Source of the DNA: Metabacillus kandeliae | GTDB taxonomy: Bacteria; Bacillota; Bacilli; Bacillales; Bacillaceae | DNA: 24,000 nucleotides | Assembly (NCBI RefSeq): GCF_021166585.1 | Contig: NZ_JAJOZE010000001.1 | Location: 56,062-80,061, forward strand | Reading direction: 5' to 3' | Position numbers and translations under genes: made by a program | Notes under the pieces: model-generated | Seen by the model: only the letters and a program-made list of their open reading frames with translations | Told to the model about the DNA's origin: nothing | The model's database searches: none | Shown: positions 8,193 to 15,273 of the stretch, one piece after another | Position numbering within the stretch: position 1 is the first letter of the stretch | Layout: each line of letters opens with the position of its first letter

Positions 8193-9588
8193 TGTCATCG
8201 TGATCGGCGGGGGTTCTGGCGGCCTCACTGCAGCAGCAGGGGCAGCATCATTCGGTGCAAGGACCGCGCTGATTGACCGAAATGCTCTTCTTGGCGGAGA
8301 ATGCGTTTTTACAGGCTGCATTCCTTCTAAAGCATTGATTCATCAGGCAAATGAATACTGCCAGGCTAAAAAGCTGGCGGAAAAGCAGGGGCTGTCGTTA
8401 AAACTGGAGTTTGACGAGGTAAAAAAAGATGTGCAGAAAGCCATTGCAGCAGCTCAGAAAGCTGATTCTGACGAAAGGTTTAAAGAGCTTGGAGCAGATC
8501 TCTATCATGAGCAGGCTTATTTCCTTTCCCCTCATGAAATACAAGCAGGCAGTGAAGTGCTTTATGGCAAAAAAATCGTAATTGCAACAGGGTCAAGCCC
8601 AAGTGTACAAGAAATCCCCGGGCTGAAGGAAGCAGGCTTTGAGACGAATGAAACCATATTTGATCTGAATGAGCTGCCGGAAAAATTGGCTGTTATTGGC
8701 GGCGGACCAATCGGCACAGAGCTCGGCCAGGCATTTGCAAGGCTTGGAAGCGAAGTTGCCATCATCCAGCATGGAGAGCAGCTGCTTTCAAAAGAAGACC
8801 ATGATATTCAGGCGTTTTTAATGAACGTGCTGAAAAAAGAAATGAAAATCCTCACAGGGAGCAAAATAGCAAAAGTCAGGAAAAACGGGAACAAGAAAAT
8901 TCTGGAAATTGAACGGGAGTCAGAAATAGAAGAGCTGGAAGCGGACTGTGTGCTGCTAGCGGCAGGAAGGAAGCCGAATACCTCTTCGCTTAAGCTCGAA
9001 AACTGCGGTGTGAAATCAGATGAAATGGGCTATATTGAGGTAAATGATCATCTTCAGACGAATGTAAAGCATATTTACGCTTGCGGAGATGTAATCGGTA
9101 CATTCCAATTTACACATGCTGCCGGCCAGGAAGGAAAAAAGGTTGTCCAAAATGCCCTGTTTGGACTAAAGAGCAAGATGGACTATACCGCTATCCCTTG
9201 GAATACATACACAATGCCAGAGGTATTTCATTTAGGAAAGACAGAACGGGAAGCGGCTAAAACGATGCAGGGAGTCAAAGTTTATAAAAAGCGGCTTAAC
9301 GAAACAGACCGGTTTATTACCGCCGGGGAAGACGGACTGATTAAGATTATTACGGATTCCAAAAACCGAATCATCGGAGCGCATGCTGTCGGAAATGGGG
9401 CAGGAGACTGGATGCAGCCGGCTGTTCAGGCAATGGGCAGCAAAATCAGCACCCTCTCAAATATGGTTTATCCATATCCAAATCGTCCTGCTGCCATCGG
9501 ACAAACGGCTGATCTTTTCTGGCGCGAAAAATTATTTACCGGCCCAGTAAAAAAACTGGCTGGCGCTTATATCAAATATATCCGCTAA
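8179..9588 (+). CDS. FAD-dependent pyridine nucleotide-disulfide oxidoreductase (class I, CxxxxC redox centre)
   Basis: 469-aa ORF. FAD fold VIVIGGGSGG, redox disulfide GGECVFTGCIPSK, NAD(P) fold AVIGGGPIGTELGQ, second FAD motif ACGDV, and a C-terminal dimerisation domain. RBS AAAGGGGAG. 14-nt overlap with the upstream gene. Confidence 0.9.
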   Translation: MKKYDVIVIGGGSGGLTAAAGAASFGARTALIDRNALLGGECVFTGCIPSKALIHQANEYCQAKKLAEKQGLSLKLEFDEVKKDVQKAIAAAQKADSDERFKELGADLYHEQAYFLSPHEIQAGSEVLYGKKIVIATGSSPSVQEIPGLKEAGFETNETIFDLNELPEKLAVIGGGPIGTELGQAFARLGSEVAIIQHGEQLLSKEDHDIQAFLMNVLKKEMKILTGSKIAKVRKNGNKKILEIERESEIEELEADCVLLAAGRKPNTSSLKLENCGVKSDEMGYIEVNDHLQTNVKHIYACGDVIGTFQFTHAAGQEGKKVVQNALFGLKSKMDYTAIPWNTYTMPEVFHLGKTEREAAKTMQGVKVYKKRLNETDRFITAGEDGLIKIITDSKNRIIGAHAVGNGAGDWMQPAVQAMGSKISTLSNMVYPYPNRPAAIGQTADLFWREKLFTGPVKKLAGAYIKYIR

Positions 9589-9592
9589 ACGC

Positions 9593-9637
9593 AAAAAACG
9601 GCTGCATCTTCAGCGAATAGCGAAGACAGCCGTTTTC
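9593..9637. terminator. Bidirectional intrinsic terminator between convergent genes
   Basis: ACGGCTG..TCTTC..loop..GAAGA..CAGCCGT hairpin, flanked by an A-run (9593-9598) and a T-run (9633-9636). On the minus strand it is followed by T6. Confidence 0.7.
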
Positions 9638-9645
9638 TAAAAAGA

Positions 9646-10785
9646 TTAAGCATACCGCACTTCCTCAAACTCTATGAGAGCATCTTCGTATTCCTTTAGC
9701 AGACCATCAAAAATTTGCTCCCAGGTCTGAGAAAGGGCATAGTTCCGGGCGTTAAACGACATTTTCTCCCTTAAAAGATCTTCTTTCAGGATTTTCTCAA
9801 TAGCCTGAATAAAAGATTCAGCACTTCTCGGCTTGCACAGGCAGCCGGTTTGGCCTTCCTGAATAATGTTTTTAACCCCTCCGGAATCTGCTCCGATAAC
9901 GGGCAAACCGCAGGCAAGCGCCTCAAGCACCACATTGCCGAATGTTTCGGTAGGCGATGGAAAAACAAATAAATCAGAACCCGCATAGAGCTTTGCCAGC
10001 TTTTGTCCGCTTAAATAACCAGCAAAGGTCATATTCTCTGGTGCCTGTTTTTCCATATCAGCTTTAGAAGGGCCATCACCGACAATAATCCAATGAACCT
10101 GATCTCTTAATGCTGGCGGAAGAGAATGAGAAATTTTCATCAGCGTTTCAATGTCTTTTTCAGGAGCCAGCCTGCCGACATATGTTAAAATAAACTTTTC
10201 TTTAATGTTATATTCTTTATGCAGATCCTGATCTTTGTAAGGATTGAATAACGAGCAGTCAACTCCGCGGCCCCATATCCGGAGGTTGGAGAATCCCTGC
10301 CTTTTCAGCTGTAAAAGGGTTTCTTTTGAAGGTACAAATATTTTTCGAAACGGTTTATGAAACCAGTGCATATACTTCCATAGGAATTTTGAGAAAAATT
10401 GCAGATCATAATAATCAAGGTATTGGTCAAAATCAGTATGATAGGAACCGACTACTGGTATATTCAGTTTTTTAGCGTAATGAAGACCGCAAAATCCGAT
10501 ATTAAACGGTGTAGCGATATGAATGAGATCCGGCTTGAATTTTTGAAGTTCTGCCCTTACCTGCAGCATATTCGGCCATGCAACCCTGCACTCCGGATAA
10601 AGGAAAAAAGGGAAACTGACGAAACGGTGAATATGGCTCGAAAACAAAGATTCTTTTGTGCTCTCAGGTGCAAATACCTTGTATTCGTGGCCGCGGGCGT
10701 CCAAATAATCAGTGAATCGTTTTAGCGTACGGGCGACTCCATTTACATCTGGAGCATACGTATCGGTAAATATAGCAATCTTCAA
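9646..10785 (-). CDS. GT4-family glycosyltransferase (GT-B fold; N-terminus resembles lipid/diacylglycerol alpha-glycosyltransferases)
   Basis: 379-aa ORF. N-terminus MKIAIFTDTYAPDVNGV, C-terminal GT1/GT4 motif FVFPSPTETFGNVVLEALACGLPVI. TTG start at 10785 with GGAGGG 6 nt upstream. Confidence 0.9.
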   Translation of the reverse strand: MKIAIFTDTYAPDVNGVARTLKRFTDYLDARGHEYKVFAPESTKESLFSSHIHRFVSFPFFLYPECRVAWPNMLQVRAELQKFKPDLIHIATPFNIGFCGLHYAKKLNIPVVGSYHTDFDQYLDYYDLQFFSKFLWKYMHWFHKPFRKIFVPSKETLLQLKRQGFSNLRIWGRGVDCSLFNPYKDQDLHKEYNIKEKFILTYVGRLAPEKDIETLMKISHSLPPALRDQVHWIIVGDGPSKADMEKQAPENMTFAGYLSGQKLAKLYAGSDLFVFPSPTETFGNVVLEALACGLPVIGADSGGVKNIIQEGQTGCLCKPRSAESFIQAIEKILKEDLLREKMSFNARNYALSQTWEQIFDGLLKEYEDALIEFEEVRYA

Positions 10786-10870
10786 CTGAATCCCTCCAGA
10801 GATTAGGTTTCGGCCAAATCTTTAATAGGGGCTTGTAGGCAAAATTTCGGTTCGGATCCTAAATAATTAG

Positions 10871-11425
10871 CTAAAGAAGCTGGTTTGAGGCAAACTGGCT
10901 CACAATCAGAAAGCACAGCATGCTAGTTGATGTTCCGAGCAGAAATCCTGCAAGCACGTCTGATGGATAGTGAAGACCGAGATAAATCCGCGAAAGTCCA
11001 ACGCTGATGCCCAGCGGGATGAGCAAAACAGCCAGGCCAGGGAAAAACAGAAGCAGCGGAATGACAACTGAGAAAATAGCTGTTGTATGGCCTGAAGGAA
11101 ATGAATGGTCTTCAAGGGGATTAGCCGGAACCTTTGTTTCGTGAAGTGTAATATAAGGACGTTTGCGCGGATACAGTTTTTTAACAATAGCGACAGGGAT
11201 ATGACTGAGAGCAAGGGCAAGGCCGCTTGCAATTCCTGCAGCCCTGACAGGACCTGATGTGAAAAAAATAAGAATAAGGCATACCGCTATAGTTGAAGCT
11301 GCTCCGCCGACATGAGTGACATTTCTGAAGTAAAAGTTAAGAGCCTTCCGGTCAAAATGCCGGTTCAGGCTTCGAAGCAGTCTGCATTCAAAGCTGTACA
11401 TGTTTGCAATCAGTTTCGTCTTCAT
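10871..11425 (-). CDS. PAP2-superfamily (type 2 phosphatidic acid/undecaprenyl-PP-like) membrane phosphatase
   Basis: 184-aa membrane ORF with all three PAP2 motifs: KKLYPRKRP (KxxxxxxRP), PSGH, and SRIYLGLHYPSD (SRxxxxxHxxxD). RBS AAAGGAG. It lies 85 nt upstream of the GT4 gene on the same strand. Confidence 0.9.
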   Translation of the reverse strand: MKTKLIANMYSFECRLLRSLNRHFDRKALNFYFRNVTHVGGAASTIAVCLILIFFTSGPVRAAGIASGLALALSHIPVAIVKKLYPRKRPYITLHETKVPANPLEDHSFPSGHTTAIFSVVIPLLLFFPGLAVLLIPLGISVGLSRIYLGLHYPSDVLAGFLLGTSTSMLCFLIVSQFASNQLL

Positions 11426-11620
11426 ATATAGACGCTCCTTTTACCCTTTTCTATACATTGTAAGATAGAAATATTTAGTTAATAATAAGAGAATGTAAAG
11501 AATTTCATTCATTTGTTTTGCAATTTCTTTAAGATATTTCCAAATTGTAAATTCGCTGTCATTTATCAACGCTAATATTTTATGAAGAAGCACGCCATGA
11601 TAGCATATGGATATGCTTGA

Positions 11621-12136
11621 TTATTTAGAAATGGCCGTTTTATAGAGCTGTCCTTTTTCGATATATTCCCGGCGGATCCGTTCCATATCCTTTGTATCTT
11701 CAGGGGTCAGGCTTCTGATAACCTTTGCGGGCCTGCCGAAGGCAAGTGAATGCGGCGGAATTTTTTTCCCCTGTGGAACAAGGCTTCCGGCACCGATGAA
11801 TGCTCCTTCGCCAATTTCGGCTCCATCTAGAATAATGGAACCCATTCCGATCAGGGCCTGCTTTCTGATGATGCAGCTATGCAAAATGACCTGGTGGCCA
11901 ACGGTTACTTCGTCTTCTAATATTAACGGGTTATTAGGACTTTGATGCAGGCAGCATTGATCCTGTACATTGACCTTGTTTCCAATGACAGTCGGGGCGA
12001 CATCCCCTCTGATCACCGTATTAAACCAAATGCTCGATTCTTCGCCAATTACAACATCTCCAGAGATGGTGACATAGTCCGCAATAAAAGCGGAATCAGC
12101 GATAACTGGGAATTTTTCTTTGTAAGGATAAATCAT
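11621..12136 (-). CDS. ytoA: Gamma-carbonic-anhydrase-like hexapeptide-repeat protein
   Basis: Left-handed beta-helix repeats (IADYVTISGDVVIGEESSIWFNTVIRGD, VGHQVILHSCII, IGMGSIILDGAEIGEGAFIGAGSLV). Near-colinear with my recollection of B. subtilis YtoA. I prefer ATG 12136, which is 9 nt from GGAAAGGAAGGG, over the ORF-track TTG at 12142. Confidence 0.9.
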   Translation of the reverse strand: MIYPYKEKFPVIADSAFIADYVTISGDVVIGEESSIWFNTVIRGDVAPTVIGNKVNVQDQCCLHQSPNNPLILEDEVTVGHQVILHSCIIRKQALIGMGSIILDGAEIGEGAFIGAGSLVPQGKKIPPHSLAFGRPAKVIRSLTPEDTKDMERIRREYIEKGQLYKTAISK

Positions 12137-12272
12137 AATCAATTGCCCTTCCTTTCCAGGTCATGTTGGTAACATCATAACAAATATCTGAAACAGAAGG
12201 GTGAAAATACCATTTTATTAGGAAAAATAAGCAATTCGGTCAATAAATTTCAGTGCAGCAGGAGTGATGACA

Positions 12273-13070
12273 GTGTGGAAATGGAAGGCAGAAAATCCAA
12301 AAGGCGTAGTTGTGGCGGTGCATGGTGCAGCTGAGCACCACCGCAGATACAGATGGCTGATTGAGATGTGGAGATGTTCGGGCTATCATATCATTATGGG
12401 CGACCTGCCTGGCCAGGGCACGACAACAAGACAGCGGGGCCATATTGATTCCTTTGATGAATACATCAAAGAAGTGAACGGGTGGATTGAAGAAGCCGGG
12501 CGGTACGAGCTTCCAGTTTTTCTTCTGGGCCACAGCATGGGCGGTCTGATTGTGATCAGGTCACTGCAGGAAAAGCATCATAATTTGTCAGGTGTTATTC
12601 TTTCTTCACCTTGCCTTGGCATTGTCCATAAACCGAATCCTGCTTTAGATATACTGTCAAGAGGGCTGAACGTGCTTGCTCCTTCTTTAAGGCTTGACTC
12701 AGGTCTTTCCATTGATATTGCAACGAGAAACAAGGCCATCCGCGATGAAGACGAAAATGATTCTCTCTATGTTCGCAAAGTGTCTGTTAGATGGTACCGG
12801 GAACTAATCAAAGCAATGGAAGAAGCACATGCTAAAATAAATGATTTCCCTGACCTTCCTGTGCTCCTCATGCAGGGCGGAGATGATAAAATAGTGGATA
12901 AATCAGCAGTAAGGACCTGGTTCAATAAACTTGGGGTGCTCGAGAAATCGTATAAGGAATGGAAAGGGTTTTATCACGAAATCTTCAATGAGCCAGACAG
13001 AGAACAAGTATTCAAGATGGCAAAGCATTTTGCCGATGGGCATTTGCCAGAAAGCGAATGGAGTGAATAA
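12273..13070 (+). CDS. ytpA: Alpha/beta-hydrolase, lysophospholipase/monoacylglycerol-lipase family
   Basis: HG oxyanion motif VVAVHGAAEH, nucleophile elbow GHSMGG, late acid/His (GGDDKIV, YHEIFNE). Synteny with ytoA and ytpB. GTG 12273 sits 8 nt after GGAG (12261-12264) and matches the B. subtilis N-terminus MWTWK. The alternative starts at 12264/12267 are too close to the SD. Confidence 0.85.
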   Translation: MWKWKAENPKGVVVAVHGAAEHHRRYRWLIEMWRCSGYHIIMGDLPGQGTTTRQRGHIDSFDEYIKEVNGWIEEAGRYELPVFLLGHSMGGLIVIRSLQEKHHNLSGVILSSPCLGIVHKPNPALDILSRGLNVLAPSLRLDSGLSIDIATRNKAIRDEDENDSLYVRKVSVRWYRELIKAMEEAHAKINDFPDLPVLLMQGGDDKIVDKSAVRTWFNKLGVLEKSYKEWKGFYHEIFNEPDREQVFKMAKHFADGHLPESEWSE

Positions 13071-13074
13071 CGTT

Positions 13075-14154
13075 ATGTCAGTACCGGGCCATCCGATAGG
13101 ATTAATGGCAAAGGTGTACAGGGAGGTTTTTCCTGTAGTACACGAATTTCTTGGGAAATGGCGGGAAAAAGCGGAACAGATTCCTGATCCTGAGCTTCGA
13201 AGCCAGGCGGTCGCAAGCATTGATTCCAAAAGCTTTCATTGTGAAGGGGGAAGCATTCTCGCCATTCTGGCCGGAAGCCGCATGAGGGACACAATTGAAT
13301 TCATTGTTGCTTACCAAACCATCAGCGATTATTTGGACAACCTTTGCGACAGAAGCACAAGCCTTGATCCGGAAGATTTCGCAATGCTTCACAAGTCGAT
13401 GCCTGATGCCCTTACCTGCGGAGCTGAACTGCGCAATTACTATCAGTGCCGTAAAGAGCAAAATGACGGCGGCTATTTAAATGAACTTGTCACTGTTTGC
13501 CAAAGAAAGCTCGGAATGCTTGAAAATTATGAAATCATAAAACCCCATTTGCTTGAACTAGCCGGCTATTACTGCGATCTTCAAGTTCATAAGCATGTGA
13601 TGTTTGAAGAACGGGTTCCAAGGCTTGAAAACTGGTTTGACGGCCACAGGCCTGCCTTGCCTGACATGGAGTGGTACGAATTTTCAGCATGTGCCGGATC
13701 AACTCTGGGTATTTTCTGCCTTGTCTCTTATGCCTTCCAAGCATCCATGACAGAGCACATTGCAGGACAGATCAGATCAAGCTACTTTCCATACATACAA
13801 GGACTTCATATCCTCCTTGATTACTTAATTGACCAGGAAGAGGACTTGATTGAAGGCGATTTGAATTTTTGCAGCTATTATCCTTCAAGAGAAGAAATGA
13901 TCAGCAGAATGCAGCACTTTATTCAGCAGGCTGATAAAAATCTCGCGGGCATCCCTCATGAGAATTTTCACAAGCTGATCAACAGAGGTCTTCTCGGTGT
14001 CTACCTCTCAGACAGTAAAATAGCCGGACAGAGAGATTTAAATAAAATCGCAAGAAAACTCCTCCTGCAGGGAGGCTCGACATCGCTCTTTTTCTATTTG
14101 AACGGCAGGGCGTACAGGACCTTTCAAAAGTTTTCTTCTAAAAAAAGTTCTTAA
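13075..14154 (+). CDS. ytpB: Tetraprenyl-beta-curcumene synthase (YtpB/DUF2600 family terpene synthase)
   Basis: 359-aa product starting MSVPGHPIGLMAKVYREVFP. Acidic motifs DYLDNLCD and DYLIDQEED. It lies immediately downstream (4 nt) of ytpA, as in B. subtilis. The ORF-track start at 12931 is an in-frame extension through the ytpA 3' end. Confidence 0.85.
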   Translation: MSVPGHPIGLMAKVYREVFPVVHEFLGKWREKAEQIPDPELRSQAVASIDSKSFHCEGGSILAILAGSRMRDTIEFIVAYQTISDYLDNLCDRSTSLDPEDFAMLHKSMPDALTCGAELRNYYQCRKEQNDGGYLNELVTVCQRKLGMLENYEIIKPHLLELAGYYCDLQVHKHVMFEERVPRLENWFDGHRPALPDMEWYEFSACAGSTLGIFCLVSYAFQASMTEHIAGQIRSSYFPYIQGLHILLDYLIDQEEDLIEGDLNFCSYYPSREEMISRMQHFIQQADKNLAGIPHENFHKLINRGLLGVYLSDSKIAGQRDLNKIARKLLLQGGSTSLFFYLNGRAYRTFQKFSSKKSS

Positions 14155-14193
14155 AAAACTGCTCCCGCTCTAATAAGGCGGGGCAGTTTTTTT
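14153..14193. terminator. Intrinsic terminator after ytpB (A-run/stem/T-run)
   Basis: CTGC(T)CCCGC-9 nt loop-GCGGGGCAG followed by T7 and preceded by A6. Confidence 0.8.
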
Positions 14194-14200
14194 GTCCAGG

Positions 14201-14227
14201 AAAAAAGCCCGCGAGAACGGGCTTTTT
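14201..14227. terminator. Second, bidirectional intrinsic terminator. It is probably the stop for the minus-strand MgtC-like transcript.
   Basis: A6-GCCCG-CGAGAA-CGGGC-T5, symmetric on both strands. Confidence 0.7.
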
Positions 14228-14245
14228 CATACTGATTGTAAGAAG

Positions 14246-14520
14246 GGGGCGGCTTGCGCTTTTCTTTGTCCAGCTCCAGCCGCTAGCCCCTCGAGGTCAT
14301 AAGCCGCTCATCCAGGGAAAGGAAAGGTCGCCTTTCCCCGGCTGATCGTCTTATGCTTGTCGGGGCTGAACGAGCGGCTTGCGCTTTTCTGCATTGTCCA
14401 GCTCCAGCCGCTAGCCCGATCTGAGTCGCTTCGAAAAATCCCAAAAAGTCAAAGACCAGACTTTTCGGGATTTTCCTCCAGCGCTTGTCGAGGCTGAACG
14501 AGCGGCTTGCGCTTTTCTGC
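14246..14520. repeat. 128-bp-periodic array: a ~63-bp conserved module (partial, full, partial) alternating with two 65-bp variable long hairpins
   Basis: The conserved module GCTTGTCGrGGCTGAACGAGCGGCTTGCGCTTTTCTGCATTGTCCAGCTCCAGCCGCTAGCCC occurs at 14355-14417 (full). Its 3' part is at 14249-14289 (lacking GCA) and its 5' part at 14483-14520. The variable hairpins are at 14290-14354 and 14418-14482. Confidence 0.85.
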
Positions 14521-15218
14521 TACCCAACAGATTCTATTTCAACTGATTGTACGCCCTCCAGCTTTTTGAGCAGCAGGTAGACGTCAGAGGTTTGAATTCT
14601 TTCTGCGGTAAGCAGGAGGAGTTCTACTTTCTGCACGCTATCTTCCTTTTGGTCCCTGATGCGGATGTATTTGATGCGGAGATGATTATTTTTAACGGCA
14701 TCCAGGACGTTTTGGACCTTTGTGTTTTCTGTCAGCTGCAATTTAGTTTTCATTTCTTTTTGGTTAAGCTTCTTTGGTCCGAAACGCTTGATCAGCGGTG
14801 CAATCAGGTCAATGGATACAATGATTAGAATCAGGGCTGCAAGGGATTCAGCGTAGAAACCTGCGCCAATAGAAATGCCGAGTGCCGCAGCACCCCATAC
14901 AATGGCAGCTGTTGTCAGTCCGCTGATGACGTCATTGCTTCTTCTTAAAATCGCACCGGCCCCTAAAAATCCGACCCCTGAAACGATTTGAGCAGCCAGG
15001 CGGAGCGGGTCCATCGGCCGTGAATATTTTTCAGATAAAGCATAGGATGCTTCTATAGAAACGACAGTTAAAAGGCAGGCTGTGACTGAGATAATGATGG
15101 TTGTTTTAATACCGAGCGGTTTTTTCTTTATCTCGCGTTCCATCCCGATAATAATTCCGACAATCAAGGATAAGAATAATTTAATAAGTGCTTGCTGATG
15201 ATCCATAAATATTTCCAT
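14520..15218 (-). CDS. MgtC/SapB-family membrane protein with C-terminal ACT-like domain
   Basis: 232-aa product starting MEIFMDHQQALIKLFLSLIVG with GGAGGTG 5 nt upstream. MgtC core GMEREIKKKPLGIKTT and LAAQIVSGVGFLGAGAI. The upstream 49 codons of the ORF-track ORF run through a terminator and the ytqB 3' end. Confidence 0.85.
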   Translation of the reverse strand: MEIFMDHQQALIKLFLSLIVGIIIGMEREIKKKPLGIKTTIIISVTACLLTVVSIEASYALSEKYSRPMDPLRLAAQIVSGVGFLGAGAILRRSNDVISGLTTAAIVWGAAALGISIGAGFYAESLAALILIIVSIDLIAPLIKRFGPKKLNQKEMKTKLQLTENTKVQNVLDAVKNNHLRIKYIRIRDQKEDSVQKVELLLLTAERIQTSDVYLLLKKLEGVQSVEIESVG

Positions 15219-15242
15219 ATGAACACCTCCATTCTTATATAT

Positions 15243-15273
15243 AATAGGAAAAACCCGGAAGTAAGACTCCGGG
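15243..15273 (-). terminator. Putative intrinsic terminator directly after the ytqB stop
   Basis: The minus strand reads CCCGGA-GTCTTACT-TCCGGG followed by TTTTTCCTATTAT. The 6-bp stem abuts the TAG at 15274-15276. Confidence 0.55.

Noticed and set aside
12931-13074. Long N-terminal extensions offered by the ORF track. They are 12931 for ytpB, 5940 for the ABC ATPase, 18062 for ytrA, 18405 for ytrB, 20954 for ytrF, 15365 for the MgtC-like gene, 16840 for ytqA and 12142 for ytoA.
   Set aside because: In each case an internal start has a properly spaced SD and abuts or slightly overlaps the upstream gene, while the extension lies inside the neighbouring gene or a terminator. Where I recall the B. 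subtilis homologue, the N-terminus matches the shorter form.
14246-14520. Possible CRISPR array (repeat, variable segment, repeat).
   Set aside because: The repeat is about 63 bp and the intervening 65-bp segments are themselves long palindromes. There are only two full periods, no cas genes are in the window, and the repeat flanks pair with each other. The architecture is that of a structured repeat element, not a CRISPR.
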